A DNA stretch of 60,736 nt, filler included, from Basidiobolus ranarum (GCA_040143965.1; 4 parts of 4 records of this genome joined end to end with filler, not necessarily neighbours in it), one strand, 5' to 3'; counted from the whole stretch's first letter, positions 24,365 to 38,228 are shown. Numbers and translations are program-made. Notes: generated by a model from the sequence alone, not told the origin.

Positions 24365-25367
24365 CTAATTGTCTTCGCGGCCATATGTTTGAGCAGTGAT
24401 GTTAAGCGTCACCAAGGACTGACGAGTAGGAAATTTGGCGGGCATCTTGGCATAGATTTCCTTTTCGCTTAATTTTTTTCCAAATATTTGATTGTTAAAA
24501 TAGCTAACATAATCTTTGGTAGCTTGTAAGTCGGATACTCTTGGTTGAACTTCACTCGGGACATGACCACCAATAACTCTTTTTGGCTTCAAGGACTGAA
24601 GAACTACACATCACATCAAGATTAGGTTGGATAATATAATGAATACAGACGGAATCACTCACAACTTAGACTGGATATCCAATTGTCTCTGTTGATAGGA
24701 GTCTCAGCCTCTGCCAACCAGACATACTCATTCCCAGCATACACCAAATCCCCGGTGATTACAGTTCTCTGAGATGGAACCCACAGAACGGTCAGGTCAT
24801 CTACGTCACCTTGCAATAGATGAATAGGCTCATTACCATTTCCCTTCAATCTGATAATGGTTCTTTCGTACGGCCTAGGCAAGGCAGGAGATTGTGGGAT
24901 TTCTTGTTTGCCGTAAGTAGGTGTCCATTGAGACACTGTGAATTGGAGTTAGTCAATGACCAAAAAAATTAATGAAGACCAACTGATGAACAAACTTCTT
25001 GATTGGACAACTTCACTGATTTTCTTGGCAACACCGGGAGATGCAAGCATATCAGCTTTACGGAAAACCTTTAGTAATTCAGTACTACCAAAGAAATGAT
25101 CAGGATGCTCATGAGTAGAAAACACCTTCGTCACTGGTACACGAGTTTTCTTCTGGATGAAAGAGATCAAACCACGGAGTTTAAGAATGGTGGATCGACT
25201 ACCATTGCTTCCTTATTACCCACTATCAAAGTGGAGACACTGGACAAAGCATTTTCTGGAGAACTATAGTGGTATATTTTCAACTTACGATCCGACCTAC
25301 CTCCAAGTACTTCCGCAGGAGCACTTAACAAGCAAAGAATGGGAAGAGATAGAATAAAAAACTTCAT
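24365..25367 (-). pseudogene. Secreted metallo-beta-lactamase-fold hydrolase, 3 exons, one frameshift near 25175
   Basis: Signal peptide, STLIVG..EAMVVD, THEHPDH (HxHxDH), VITGDLVY and VIGGH. Two introns at ~24608-24663 and ~24938-25000. The frame breaks between PPFLNS and RGLISFIQ, which is either a real lesion or an assembly error. Confidence 0.75.
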
Positions 25368-26125
25368 AGTAAATGATAATTGACTGTTAGTGCTAGTTGA
25401 TGGCTCTTCAATCTACAACGTACCTTTTATATATCTCTCTCAATCAGTTATAATTTCAAGCTGACTAATTGTTGGGTATATCTTTCAATGTAATAGCTAG
25501 CTGAACATGTAGGTATTGTTAAGTAACACCGGATTATTACCCCAAAGATGGAATACTGATTCACTCCTAAGCCCAGCTACTAGCAGTTAGAATAGGTAAC
25601 AAGACGCCCGGCTCACGAAAATCAATATGTATAGTAGTTCTTATCAGATGGGTAGATCCTGCAATCCGAGGTACTACAAGATCGAACACTGCCCTATTTG
25701 AATAATTTATCTTATGTAAAAAAACATTCAAGCAGTTGATTGTATGTGCGAGAATAGCAATTCAGTATAAGCTCCTTTGCTAAGCAGTAGAAATGATCGA
25801 ATACATCCTTATTTTGTCCCAATCTTTTAGTTTGACTAATCAGCGCCCAAGCTAAATAGAGCGAGCATTATGTGGTAATAGAACTTGCATGAGTTATATA
25901 CTACACCGACACCAAATTAGAGAGATTCGCCATCGTCAACTTTAGTGTACTTCGATAATCAGAAACTATGGCAAGCGCTATGATAAGGACAGGATGTGAG
26001 GTGAGGTTTTATATCCTGCAAACAACAAATAATAAATTATCAAAATAATTGGTAATCAAACTTGATTGATCATACGAACCCAAAAGTGAACTTGAATTGG
26101 TTTTTGAATACTTACTTTAAAATAA

Positions 26126-26191
26126 GCATTCAACCGGGAATTGAGCCCGGAACCTCTACCACCGGAGAATGCATACTAGACCATTGAGCTC
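26126..26191 (-). pseudogene. Degenerate tRNA-Pro-like relic
   Basis: The reverse complement GCTCAATGGTCTAG-TATGCATTCTC-CGGTGGTAGAGGTTCCGGGCTCAATTCCCGGTTGA follows the eukaryotic tRNA-Pro pattern. The D-loop GG and the anticodon loop are deleted, and the T-loop is mutated. Confidence 0.6.
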
Positions 26192-29100
26192 TTGATTATA
26201 ACTATGCTTGTTACAAAATTGGACCACTGAACAAAAAGCGATGGCAAATTCGGAGACTGGATGAAACGTTATTAGCCCTTAGGGAGATAGTTCTCTACTG
26301 TTATGCTACTATAGGCACAAATTTCAAAACGAACCGACATTGCAAACAAAAGTCACAAGACATCGGAAATAAGTCGTCACCTTTGTTTACAAGTTTCGAA
26401 TTCATCACACTCCCAAATCCAGCAGGAATGCCACTCTAAGTTAATCAGTCAATTTATCAGTGAATCAAGCCCCGAGATTGCACTCACCTCAGGAACCAGG
26501 CTCAATATGCTCGGCTCCTGAGTTAGAAATTCGAAACTTGCGCAAAGAATAAGTGATCAGGTTCCAATGTCCGTTCGTTTCGAAGATTATACCCATGCCA
26601 GAATAATAATAGGAGAATATTGCCCTAAAATTAGTTCGTCTTGGTGTTAGTTATGGCAGTTATGGGCTGTAGGAAAGGTACACGTATAAAATTTGATGGA
26701 GGTCGAGGTTTGGTAATGGGCTTATGAGTGGAATATGAGAGAGATTAGAATATCATTTTGTCTCTAAAAATGCCGTCTTTCCTTGGCCAGCTTGATTTCG
26801 GAACAAATATGTCAAGCATTTTAGAGGATGACAGCAAGGTTGGGGATATTGTTAAAAACTCAGGAATAATAACGTTTATTTGAGAAATATCAAGTATATT
26901 CAGGACTTAAGCCACTAACTCTAAATGATTCCTGATCTCACTGCAATTTCAAACTTGGTATTTGTTTGACTGATCATTCTTTATTTGGACGGCGAGATAA
27001 TTTTGGAACTGGCAAAAGTACAATAACAGTTCCTGTAGCTTTGTTGAGATGCTTTGATTTTGTTTTACATTAGATAATCACCTGGGTGCAACAATTTGAG
27101 AGTTACTCGTGATAAGGATGATAGTTCTTCGACAACCATGGCCTCGGATACTCTTGTTACAACTTATTATATGGATGTTTTTATTTGTAAGGCAACGCAA
27201 CAATACTTTTCAGAAACTTAAGTAAAACTTCAAAGCAATTTCTAATAGAATGTAGTTAGTCAGCGAAGGCTTTATTAATACAATTGTGGATTATTTCAAT
27301 CGACTCATAATAAATTCTTACAGGATAAACCAGGCTAATTGTCTCTGTGAATTGTGATACTCCATTGAGTCCCGCCAGAAGTGATATAGCCTCAGAGATT
27401 GTCTCTATTGTTGAACTTGCTCTCCAAAGTTGCCCAGTTGCAGAGTTATTTGGCTATCTCTTACAATACAAAAGGACATTCTATTTCCTGAGTAGGTGTT
27501 ATGACTCTGGTTATCCATTGGTAAAATCTTGATTGAAAGGATAGGCCGCCATAGTGTATTCTAAATATAAGGTATGTTAGTAACGGTTAAAAACTCAGGT
27601 GTACATATAAAGGATTCACCTTAAAGAAAAATACCTTATGAACAACAGGATAGCAACGTATGTACTAAGTCACTGCTAGCCTTAGCCATGTTGGTATTGT
27701 CACCATTGTTTTTAGCTAGGGTAAGATCAACAACATGATGACGCCTATGTCATTTTCCCAACAGTTCATAGTAGTGCATAATAGTGCACGACCTATGTAC
27801 GCAGCAGGAAAAAAGAGTTGGCGTGTAAAGAAGATTCTGTTCATGATAGTCTCTCAAAAATATACTCATGTTATAGTCCTACTAAATACATATTGTATCT
27901 AAATATATTACTCTCGTGACATCATTCTAGATTGTATGAAATTTTGCTATTTTGAGGCGGTATAACACAAGTCCAAAGAGATAAAGCCTATGGGCTCATC
28001 ATATTAAATGATGCTATGAAGTTTCTCTAGGGCTACAACATTGGACTTTATGATGTTGAGGCCCAATAAAGGAGCTACGCCACGCTTGGTTTCACCAAGT
28101 CCTGTAACAACGATATATACAAACGGAAGATCCAGGTTATACACATGAACTACAAGCCTTGCGATTTATACCCTTGAATCAGATCGAAGCAGACAGAGTG
28201 TCACGCTTCAAGTACGAACATACGGGTCTCTGGCAAATGACAAAAGTAAAGTGTTCATCAAAGCATTCAATAAATTGTGAAAAATGTAGACTAAAGCCTT
28301 CCTACCACTATTGGAGTTGTAATATACGTAATAATTTAACATAGTATAGAATATTCAACCAAACAATTTGGAAACATCACTTTCAAGTATTAGTATCAAT
28401 AGGTCTCTATAATGATACGATGGCCTGTCAAGCTCTAACGATAGTATTATTCATATATTAAGATTAGTAGAGCAAAGAACTCTAGTTTTACATTGAATTT
28501 ATTATATGTACATAAAGTTTCCTGAAAAAAAAGACGTTTAGAAATTGTGGTAAACATTGAGAGTAATGATAATGGGCCAGTAAGGAGATCATTGTTATTG
28601 ATCGTTTCTCAACACTGATTATTTCAGGGGATTGACAGATTGTAGATACTAGATATAATCACTTCTCCTTACGAGCTTGAATCAAATGAAGAAAAACCAA
28701 CCTTATATTGGGAAACCGGAGTTCATGGAAAATACTTAAGGACCACTAATATCTGAAATGTTGATTAATATTTGATAAACATGATAAATGAAAAGGCATT
28801 GCAAGAAGAACGTCAGAACTTCTTAGAGATTGGTATTTCATCAACCTTGATAAGGTCTACCGAGTTAAATGCTTTCCTCATTCGTGGGTGAATTCAAACT
28901 AATAGAATGTGAAGATTACCTTACAATGTCCTCGTAGTAAGAGGGAGAAGTACGGACGAACAAAAGATGCAGACTCAATTTATGTGTCTGCTACGCTAAT
29001 TTTTTTCATCCATACAAAATTCCAGGGGCAAGGAAGCCTTAGCCTGGTCTATGAAGGGGGATGGGGTATTCTCATCAAGCGGCATTAACCATGATTAGGG

Positions 29101-29769
29101 ACGAGATACAAAATTTTAAAGGAAGCTATTTGTTAGTTCAGCTGTAAGCATAACTCGATCACTTGGATAATCTTCGGAAGTCCTCCTTCAGCTTACTGTA
29201 GCTTTGTAGGTGTAGTACTGATTATTATATCCATTACCTATAGCTATGTTTCGTAACTCTTATGTTGTGCTTAGTTCATTGCTTATGATTTAAGTCAAGA
29301 AATCATGGCTTTTCCTCCCTCTACTCTGATATTCAATATATTAATGCATCAAACACATCTAGATACTAATATCGTATTTAATAGAGCTCTGGGATGATTA
29401 ATACGATTATTTGCTATACTTAAAGAACTGCTCCGCATATATCGGTATGCTACCTATGTTTGATTCAATGTAATAATAAACCTTTCAGGAAAGTAGATTC
29501 ACAGTGTGTAAACTAATATATTTTTAAATTTCACTGCTAGCGAATGGGTGCTTTTGTACTGAGCCATTTAATGATATTTACTGAGATATATTAATAATCA
29601 TTGTTAAAGCTATAATGTTGAGCATCCAATTGAATGACTCATTGTGGTGTTATGTAAACTTGAGCATTTGTTAAATGAGATTGGATATTAAAACAGTAGA
29701 GTCAATAAATACTCAAATCTGAACATTCAAACCATGTTTAATGTATGGAATCCCATCATATTTCTTATT

Positions 29770-29990
29770 ATTGAAGTATTTTGGGAGTTTGTTGGAGGTG
29801 GTTTGGAGAACTAGAAGAATTGGTGGTTTTTCACTTATTAATCAATTGAGTAGAGAGTTGACATATATAGTTTTGTTAAAAAGTAGACAAATAAACAAGT
29901 GGAGTATGTTAAGGAAGGTCTCAGGAATATGCGCGCAAAGTTTGGGGCTTTTAAGAAAAGTTCTCAAAATTTTCAAAGTAAATTTCACTG
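29770..29990 (-). mobile_element. Decayed partial LTR, family A
   Basis: Aligns with 44872-45060 (TTGGGAG..TGTTGGA.GTGGTTTGGAGAA...GTTAAGGAAGGTC.CAGGAA). Confidence 0.75.
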
Positions 29991-30258
29991 CTGGTGTGTG
30001 TGTGATTTGAGCTAAATAGGAATATAAAAGTGATGGCTATACTACTAATAAACACTAGTTGATAATATTATGCATTTAACAAAAGTACATGCTCAGTTAT
30101 GGACACATACTTTTAACTTAAAGAGTCTTTTATGCATCACATATATAGAGAAAAACAGCTTACTAATTGATTAGGAAATGGGTAGGGGCAGGAGTGTGCT
30201 TTTGTCAATTAGTACAGTGATGGGTCAGATGCTCACAGCTCACCTCATTGCAAAATAC

Positions 30259-30369
30259 TGTTGAAATTAACATTGCCTAAACACCTATATAGTCATATAT
30301 AGCTTAGTACTTAGTTATCTTATAATTCACTAAGATATTATCCATTATTCTCAATTGGAATTTACTTAG
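30259..30369 (+). mobile_element. Start of a family-A copia LTR running into the gap
   Basis: TGTTGAAATT...CCTAAACACCTATATAGTCATATATAGCTTAGTACTT is the reverse complement of ~45100-45208. Confidence 0.85.
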
Positions 30370-30469
30370 NNNNNNNNNNNNNNNNNNNNNNNNNNNNNNN
30401 NNNNNNNNNNNNNTTAATTAATTAANNNNNNNNNNNNNNNNNNNNNNNNNNNNNNNNNNNNNNNNNNNN
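30370..30469. other. Assembly spacer (N44-TTAATTAATTAA-N44)
   Basis: Same 100-nt linker as the other gaps. Confidence 0.98.
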
Positions 30470-30578
30470 CAGTATTGTCACAATATCTTAAAAGATTGAT
30501 TTCTTGATTGTCACTTTGTTTAGATTAGTATTTGAGCTAAATAAAGTCTACACCATCTGGTGCTTTTCATCCCCCCTA
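30470..30578 (+). mobile_element. Right end of the TIR DNA transposon (second copy)
   Basis: Near-identical to 15248-15348, with a different downstream flank. Confidence 0.7.
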
Positions 30579-31964
30579 ACTAGATCCATTCTGCATAGAC
30601 GATAGCAACAATACTAATCCTATTATGTACTTGGACGTTACCAACGTATAGCTTGGGCTCTCCACCATAGCCAACGTATCTTTTGGTACTATAGCCATAT
30701 ATAAAGTAAATACTAAATCCTGCATTTAAAAACAATGAATACTGCTATGAGAGTGAACACTAAAGAACTTGTATTGGCTTCACTCTTTTGATATTGCAGA
30801 GTACATTTAAAGTCCATCCACTGTGACCTAAATATTCAAGCCATATATACTACAGTCATATTCAAACAACTGTTGACGTGACGGATAAAGAGTCGAAGCA
30901 GCGATAGAATTAATTATCAATATCATTAACGTAGAATCTCCAGATAAGTAGCTAAGGAGCCTATACTTCTTACTATTTCTGTACCGATCGCAATATTACA
31001 CATTCAAAGGAACTCTGAGTGATACTTTAGCAGGTGGATGTCAAGTATTAGTTGAGAGCAGCATTATCACAATGTATTTGTTGCACTAATTGCTAACTGA
31101 ATATCTAAATTCAGCAGTGGCCAAATACTCGGAAATTACCTAAAGCACTCAAAAAACACCCACCATCACACTTGCAAGCAACAAAAATATGGACAATAGT
31201 GACACTAGGAATGTAGAATTTCAACAAATATGTCGATATACAAACTATTGATATTAATGGATCACTACTAGATAATGAGCCACTACTATGTGAACAAGTT
31301 CGATATGAACATATAAAGGCGGCGCTGTCTATGAGTCACTCCAGAATTATCCTGATGCTATACTAGAGTAAAGAATCCTGGGATAAACCAGAGCAAGTCT
31401 GAGCTATCACTTGACAACGAATAATCATCTTCACTCACTTCAGCTCGGGTAGATTTGAATATTGCACAGTTATCAGGATCTAGTTTTATTGGATAAAATT
31501 CGGACATAGAAAAATAGTGGTACTCTATCCCAATATAATTTATTGGATCAAGTCCAGACTACTGGGTAAACTCAGCCACAACGATCAGACATGACTGTTA
31601 CCTGACCAGTACAGGCAGTATGTGTGGTAAATTAAGCCGTATTAACGCTATTTCATGCAAAGCTATCTATAGTAGTAATCAACATAGATTCACTTCAATT
31701 AGCGGACAATAATATTTCATGAGTTCTCTTCTCTCAATGCCTAAATGCGACCTTACCTCTAGTGCTAACTTGATAGTTTTAGTACTCGCTTTTGGTGTGG
31801 AAAACTATGACGAAATGTGAATACTACTAGGAACAGGCTTTCTGCAGCCAACAATAATTGCTTTATTAAGAGTTTATTGATGTGTACGATGCAAACTATG
31901 TGGACGATGAAGGCTGTTGCTGTTTGCTAAGGATTCGCTATAACATTGCTTTTGGAAAAGATCT

Positions 31965-32963
31965 CTAAACGTTGCTCTTGGAATGGATTTCTCCAGATTC
32001 GATGATATACTTGATCTCCTCTTCCAATGTCTCATAAGCGTTTGGTCCTTTTGGATTCCACCCAATTTTCTTTGATCGATTGGCTACTGCTCTGCTGTTG
32101 CTACCGTAGGCAAAAATGGAATACTTACCTCCTAAAAACTCATCCAAATACTCTTGCTCAAATTTCGAGATATTTGTACTTTTCACCAGATTAAGCTTGT
32201 GCAACACTGAAGCAAGAATTTCAGAGATCTTATACCAAGTATGTTCACTATTGGTGCAAAAATACCAGCCACCCTCTTTGCCAGACTCGATGGTCCCGGC
32301 TAAGAGGCCATCAAGAACTAGGATATAGAGATCACCCAGATCGTTGATGTTAACGTCACCCCAGATTACGTCCTTACGATCGCCGACATATCCAGTCTCT
32401 CCTCTCTTCACCGATGCCTTGGCTAGGTTAATGACTTGCTGTGAAGATTTTTTGAACGGGCCGGATCCGACGCCATTGATGGTTGAAGGTGCAATTATAG
32501 CAGCAGTAATGTCATCACAATTGTCAAATATCCATGCGTCAATTTCTTTATGAAGAGCCTTCAATGGAATGGAATGGATTCGAGCGATATCTTCGTCATC
32601 GTAAGGATCCATGTTGACATGATCCCATGTTAACACCCCTGTTCCTGAGGTATGAACCAAAACGGCCTTCTTGTTTTTCTTTGCTTTCAAACCCTTCACA
32701 ATAGCTTGAATGGATGGAAGATCATCAGCATTGGCGGTATTAATGACTGCGTCGGCAGCCTTCGATGATTCAAAGAGGACATCCAAGTCTTGCAAACTGC
32801 CATAGATAGGTGTGACTCCTAATTCTTTTAGTGTCTCGCCCTGTTCTCTCTTTCTTACTAAAGCTGAAACGGAGTATTTCTCTGGGAATTTCAAAAGGTC
32901 TGTGAGGACTGTTCCTCCGATATATCCAGTTGCGCCAGTAATAAACACTTTTGTGGGAGCCAT
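31965..32963 (-). CDS. NAD(P)-binding Rossmann-fold protein (atypical SDR/epimerase-dehydratase family), intronless
   Basis: KVFITGATGYIGGTVL, ALVR, DAVINTANADD, LVHTSGTGVL, W.DVNINDLGDLY and GSNSRA. Confidence 0.9.
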   Translation of the reverse strand: MAPTKVFITGATGYIGGTVLTDLLKFPEKYSVSALVRKREQGETLKELGVTPIYGSLQDLDVLFESSKAADAVINTANADDLPSIQAIVKGLKAKKNKKAVLVHTSGTGVLTWDHVNMDPYDDEDIARIHSIPLKALHKEIDAWIFDNCDDITAAIIAPSTINGVGSGPFKKSSQQVINLAKASVKRGETGYVGDRKDVIWGDVNINDLGDLYILVLDGLLAGTIESGKEGGWYFCTNSEHTWYKISEILASVLHKLNLVKSTNISKFEQEYLDEFLGGKYSIFAYGSNSRAVANRSKKIGWNPKGPNAYETLEEEIKYIIESGEIHSKSNV

Positions 32964-34332
32964 GATTCAATGATGAAAGTTATCCTCATCAATATGAGGA
33001 AGCATCTCTTTTTATGTTGTTCTCACTATTGATTTGATGACAAATTATTCGATTGTCGTTAGTACGTCATTATGTATTAGTAATTAGAGTAAAAAAAAGC
33101 GCCTACTAAAACGCCTATCGCTAGTTGAAATACAATAGTATTCAGATTTGTGGGTTTGATTACCAGAAAGGCTGGGAAGTTAATTAGGGCTATTTAGAGA
33201 AACAATCCAAAATTAATTGATTGAATTTACCTAATTAGGAATCAATATTTTTTGATGATCCTTAAGCATTTTAAATACCTATTTTAGCAATAATAATGGG
33301 CTCAATGAAATCTTGATCTAACTTGAGATTTACCAATGACTTGTGAAGATTCTCTTAGCAACCTACGTAACTTTGTGGCATACACCAACGAATATATACC
33401 TATAGTGTCGATGGAATGTCTTATCCTAGCATACTAGTTATTCATGCAAAATGCTGAGTTATTCATATCGTATGTCTACTTGTACGAATATTTCATAGAT
33501 AGTAGTGTATAAGACATGGTTCAAAACGCCACAATTAACAGCATCATGCTATTTGATATATCTTTCTTATAAAACATACACTCTCCCCAAGACCACATCT
33601 TAAGTGGAGTACCAATGCTCTAAGTTCATCATTTTCAAGCCGAAATCAGCATGATTAGCTTTCGCATCATCACCTTGACTACTTTCGTTGTTTAATGGTC
33701 ACCCAGTTTAATTGTTGAAGCATCAACGCTAGCTGACTGGCATGTGGTTAATCATTATGAAGTCGATACCAATCCAGATAATCAATAAAACTGTGGTATT
33801 GATTCAATTCAAACTGAATAAAACTCCCTTGGCTCAAATAGGTTTGATCCTACTAGTTTGGATCTAAGAAGTATTTCTCTAAGATCTCAATCGATATGAT
33901 CGATCGGTAAATTCGCTCTTAGAATCTCATATCGTCGATAAGCACCGATGGTCGGGCAATAAAGAAATTATTTTGTTGGAATACGGCGTACAAGAGCGCC
34001 TCGCTTGCATTCTTTCTGATTTATAGAAAGTAAGCACAATTATTCTCGTAGAGGAGTTCAGCGCAACCCAGTAACTAGTGAGAGAAGTCAAATGAACCAA
34101 AGATGATAGTACTACCTCGTTTAACTATAGTGGGTAATCCACAAATATTAATGAGGGCGAATGAAGTTTATCGAAAACGGAGGTTAGTTTTGGTTTGATT
34201 GATGAATCGAATCTGTTTAATTTGAGTTATATATACAGTATGAAAGATTCTTTAAGAATAGAATTAATTGGAATGCAAAATAGAATTCTTAATTATAACT
34301 GGCAAGCAAGATAATCAGGAATTAAGATAAAA

Positions 34333-37300
34333 CTAATTAGATCCTAAATCTTGTTGCATAACTAACTCATAATATTGTCCTTGAAGAGCCATCGATTGGT
34401 CATGAGAACCACGCTCATTTACTACTCCATCCTTAAATACATAGATAACATCCGCCTTCTGAATAGTAGAGAGACGATGGGCGACTGCTATAGTGGTTCT
34501 ACCTTTGGATGCGTTATCAAGTGCAGTTTGAACAATCTTTTCTGATTCAGCATCCAGAGCGGAAGTGGCCTCATCAAGCAGCAAGATCTTGGGCTTTCTA
34601 ATCAAGGCACGAGCAATGGCAATACGTTGCTTCTGGCCGCCAGATAGTTGAGAACCTTTACTACCCAAAGATGTATCATATCCTTTAGGAAGTCCCATGA
34701 TGAATTCATGAATGTTAGCGTCACGTGCCGCCTGTTCAATCTCACTTTGCGAAGGTACTCGGTCAACCAATCCAAAGCAAATATTCTCCCTAATAGTCAT
34801 ATCGTAAAGAGTGGGTTCTTGGCCGACCAAAGCAACATGCTTACGTAGATCATTGATATTGATTTGACGAACATCGTGACCATCAATCATGACGTTACCT
34901 GAAAGGGCATCGTAGACACGTTCCGTTAGTCCCATCACCGTGCTGTCACCACACCCAGCAGGTCCCACTAGGGCCGCATATTGTCCAGGCAGGATATCCA
35001 GACTTAAACCTCGAAGCACGGCTACACCAGGTCGGGTAGGATAACGGAAGTGAACATTCTTGTAAGTGACACGACCTTCAACTGAATCAACTTTTTTGCC
35101 TTCGTTGCTAGTGACATCGATTAAGGGTTTGCGATCCAACAAAGAGATAATGCTGCTAGCTGCGGAGGTGGCTTTGCTAATGTCGGGGACAAAGGAGAAA
35201 ATGTTACCAGCACTTTGAGCCCCAAAAACGATGGCCATGAAGATTACAAAGAACTTTTGCATATCATATTCCCCCTTGGCCATCAGCTTTCCACCGTACC
35301 AGAAAGCGAGAGCATTTACCAAGAACACGATGGCCTGTGAGCAAGCGAAGACGAAAGATGAACCAAATGCATTTTCTATACCAGCTTTTACTGGCCCTTC
35401 TAATTCGTGGTGATATAGTTTGCTTACATCTTGCTCACGTGTAAGTGAGGCAACGGTGCGCACAGCGGAAGCCGCTTCGCAGGCAAGCTGAGCCGAATAT
35501 TCATAAGCGATCTTTTGTTTTTCTTGATAGCCATTCATCATCTTCATACGAATTACACCAGCCCCCATTAAAACTGGCACACAGGCGATAACGACAAGTG
35601 TAAGCTTCCAACCATAACAAAAGCCAACAATAAATCCACCAATAACAGTAACAAATACTGGAAGAATCGTACCAAGGGTGACACCACTAACTCCCTGAAC
35701 ATGAGTTGCATCAGTTGAAAGTGCTGAAACCAAAGCTCCAGTGTTATTACAATCCCGATCAAACCAACCAACCTCCTGATGAAGCATCGCCCTGAAAGTC
35801 ATGGATCGAATACGTTCGGTTAATCTTTCTCCTGCCATACCAAAGAAAGTACTTTGAGCAGTATTTGCGATGAAAGCACATATTGCGACTACCAAGAACA
35901 TAGATGCCCAAAAATTGATGTCTTTTATCAATTGGACTTCGTCTGGGTTTGACATTGAAGCAACAATTTTCGAAAAGAGAACGGCAAACACGGGAGAGAT
36001 AACACCAGTTACAAGTGATCCAGCAAGACCAAGCAACATGAGTGGAAGTTCAGGTCTACTCAGCTTGAATACCCGGTAAATTACATATGAGAAAGAATGC
36101 ATCTTCCGCACGTCACCATCCTCAACATTTAGTTGAATTCCAGTTGAGATCATAGATTGAACAGTTGTTTTACGTCTTAATTCAGAGTCGATAGATATTA
36201 TGGCATTTATATCTGTATCTTCGGGAGGAGCACCTGGTTCATTAGATTCCAAGTCGGATTTCTTTGTTATTTTTTGAAGCTCCACCAGCTTGAAATATGC
36301 CCCCCGAGCCTCAATCAAAGAGTTATGAGTACCTTGCTCTATGATGTCTCCTCGTTCCATTACTATGATTTGATCTGAGTTACGAATAGTAGAAAGACGA
36401 TGAGCAATGACGATAGTAGTTCTACCAGAACTAGCACGATCCAAAGCTTGTTGAACAACTCCTTCTGACTGAGTATCAAGTGCAGATGTTGCCTCATCTA
36501 AAAGTAATATGCGCGGATCTTTTACAATCGCTCTAGCGATGGCGATACGTTGCTTTTGCCCTCCCGAAAGGAGGAATCCTCTTTCACCAACATGAGTATT
36601 ATATCTATCTGGTAATAACATGATGAAATCATGAGCATTCGCCATTTTGCATGCTTCTTGTATAAGCTCCATTTGCTTTTCATGACTGGCGTTTTCATGA
36701 GAAGTTCCGATTAATCCATGGGCGATATTTTCAGCGATTGTACATCTGAAGAGAGTTGGCTCTTGTGATACTAGGCCGATTTGTCTTCTGAGCCAATGGA
36801 CATTAAGTGAATTGATCGGTGTACCATCTAGGAGAATCTCCCCTTCAATTGGGTCGTAAAAACGTTCCAGCAACTGAATAATGGTGGATTTACCCGAACC
36901 ACTAGCTCCGACTAAAGCAACTGTTTGACCAGGTTTCACGGATAAGCTGATCCCTTTCAATATAGGAACATCAGGACGGGATGGATAATGGAAGAACAGA
37001 TTGTGCGCTTCAATGGAACCTTGAGTGACACTAGTTGGCTTAATGCCTTGATCAGAAGCGGAATCAATTGTAGGAACTCTATAAATGGCTTCGTACAGTT
37101 TGGCAGCTGCTCCTTGAGCAAAAGAAAAGGCCTGAAGATTAGGAGCGATGTTTCCCAGGGAGAAAGCCCCAATCAGTACGGCAAAGAATACGCTCATCAC
37201 TTGTCCAGCGTTAAGTTCTTTCTTGATTATAAGCTTGCCGCCATACCAAAAAGCAAGCGAATATGCAGAATAGATTACAAGGAAAATCACACCAAGACCC

Positions 37301-38228
37301 AATCCTGTCAGAAGAGATTTCTTCATACCCTGCTTTTTGGCATTAGTGATGTTTACATTATACATAGAAGATAATTTTTTTTGTTGACCGAAGGCAACTG
37401 CGGTCCGAATAGAGGAGAAAACTTCTTCAGCTAGCGTTCCAGAGATAGAGTAATAGTCCAGAGATTTTTTGACATATTTTGTGTTGAAGAAATTCAATAC
37501 TCCGACTGAAATAACGATTAATGGAATGATACAGCAAAGTACCAAAGTGAGTCGCCAATTTTTTATGAAAGCGATGATAAAAGCTGATATGAAGGTGGCA
37601 ACATAGTTTATACTTTGAGGCAGCTTTTCAGAGATACCATCTTGAACCAAATGGGTATCACTGGTGATTCTAGTCGTCACCTCACCAGCTCCCAATTTAT
37701 CGAACCAAGCAATATCTTGACGAAGAACTGCTGCCAAGTAGGATTCTCGGATCTTTCGCGTCTGACGTTCTCCGGCGTATACCCATGTGGACATGTAGCC
37801 ATAGGTGGTGACCAACATAGCGATTGCAAGATAGACAAAGTACAAAGCGTAAGAGTTGATCTCCTTTTGGAACCCTTCTGGAGACAGCCCACCCGTTGCC
37901 CAACTAGAAAATACATTTACCATTTCACCAAAGATAACCCTGAGTAGAAGAGATTAGTTGAAATATGGGAAATAATTGTCTGGATATGGAATACATACGT
38001 CATAACAGGCATACCCGCACCGGAGACGATAGCACAGAAAAGACCTAATCCCATGAGAGACCAGTCAAAGGCTGTGGCAAAGTTAAACAGCTCCCTCATG
38101 GACACTTTGGCCTCCTTTATACCTTCAGAATCATGAGGATCAGACCTGAGGGTATGAGGAGTGTTGATTTTCTCATTTAATGTAGACTCTGCTCCACTGC
38201 TGGAGCTCTTTCGTAAAGTAGAAGCCAT
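34333..38228 (-). CDS. Full-length ABCB/MDR1-type (P-glycoprotein) ABC exporter, one intron (37940-37998)
   Basis: TMD-NBD-TMD-NBD layout. NBD1 has GASGSGKST, LSGGQKQRIAIARA, LLLDEATSALD and IAHRLST. NBD2 has the signature and Walker B, but its Walker A reads GPAGCGDST. Confidence 0.95.

Noticed and set aside
26985-27060. GTGKST P-loop-like string
   Set aside because: It sits in a short, stop-bounded frame with no other NTPase motifs and cannot be supported.
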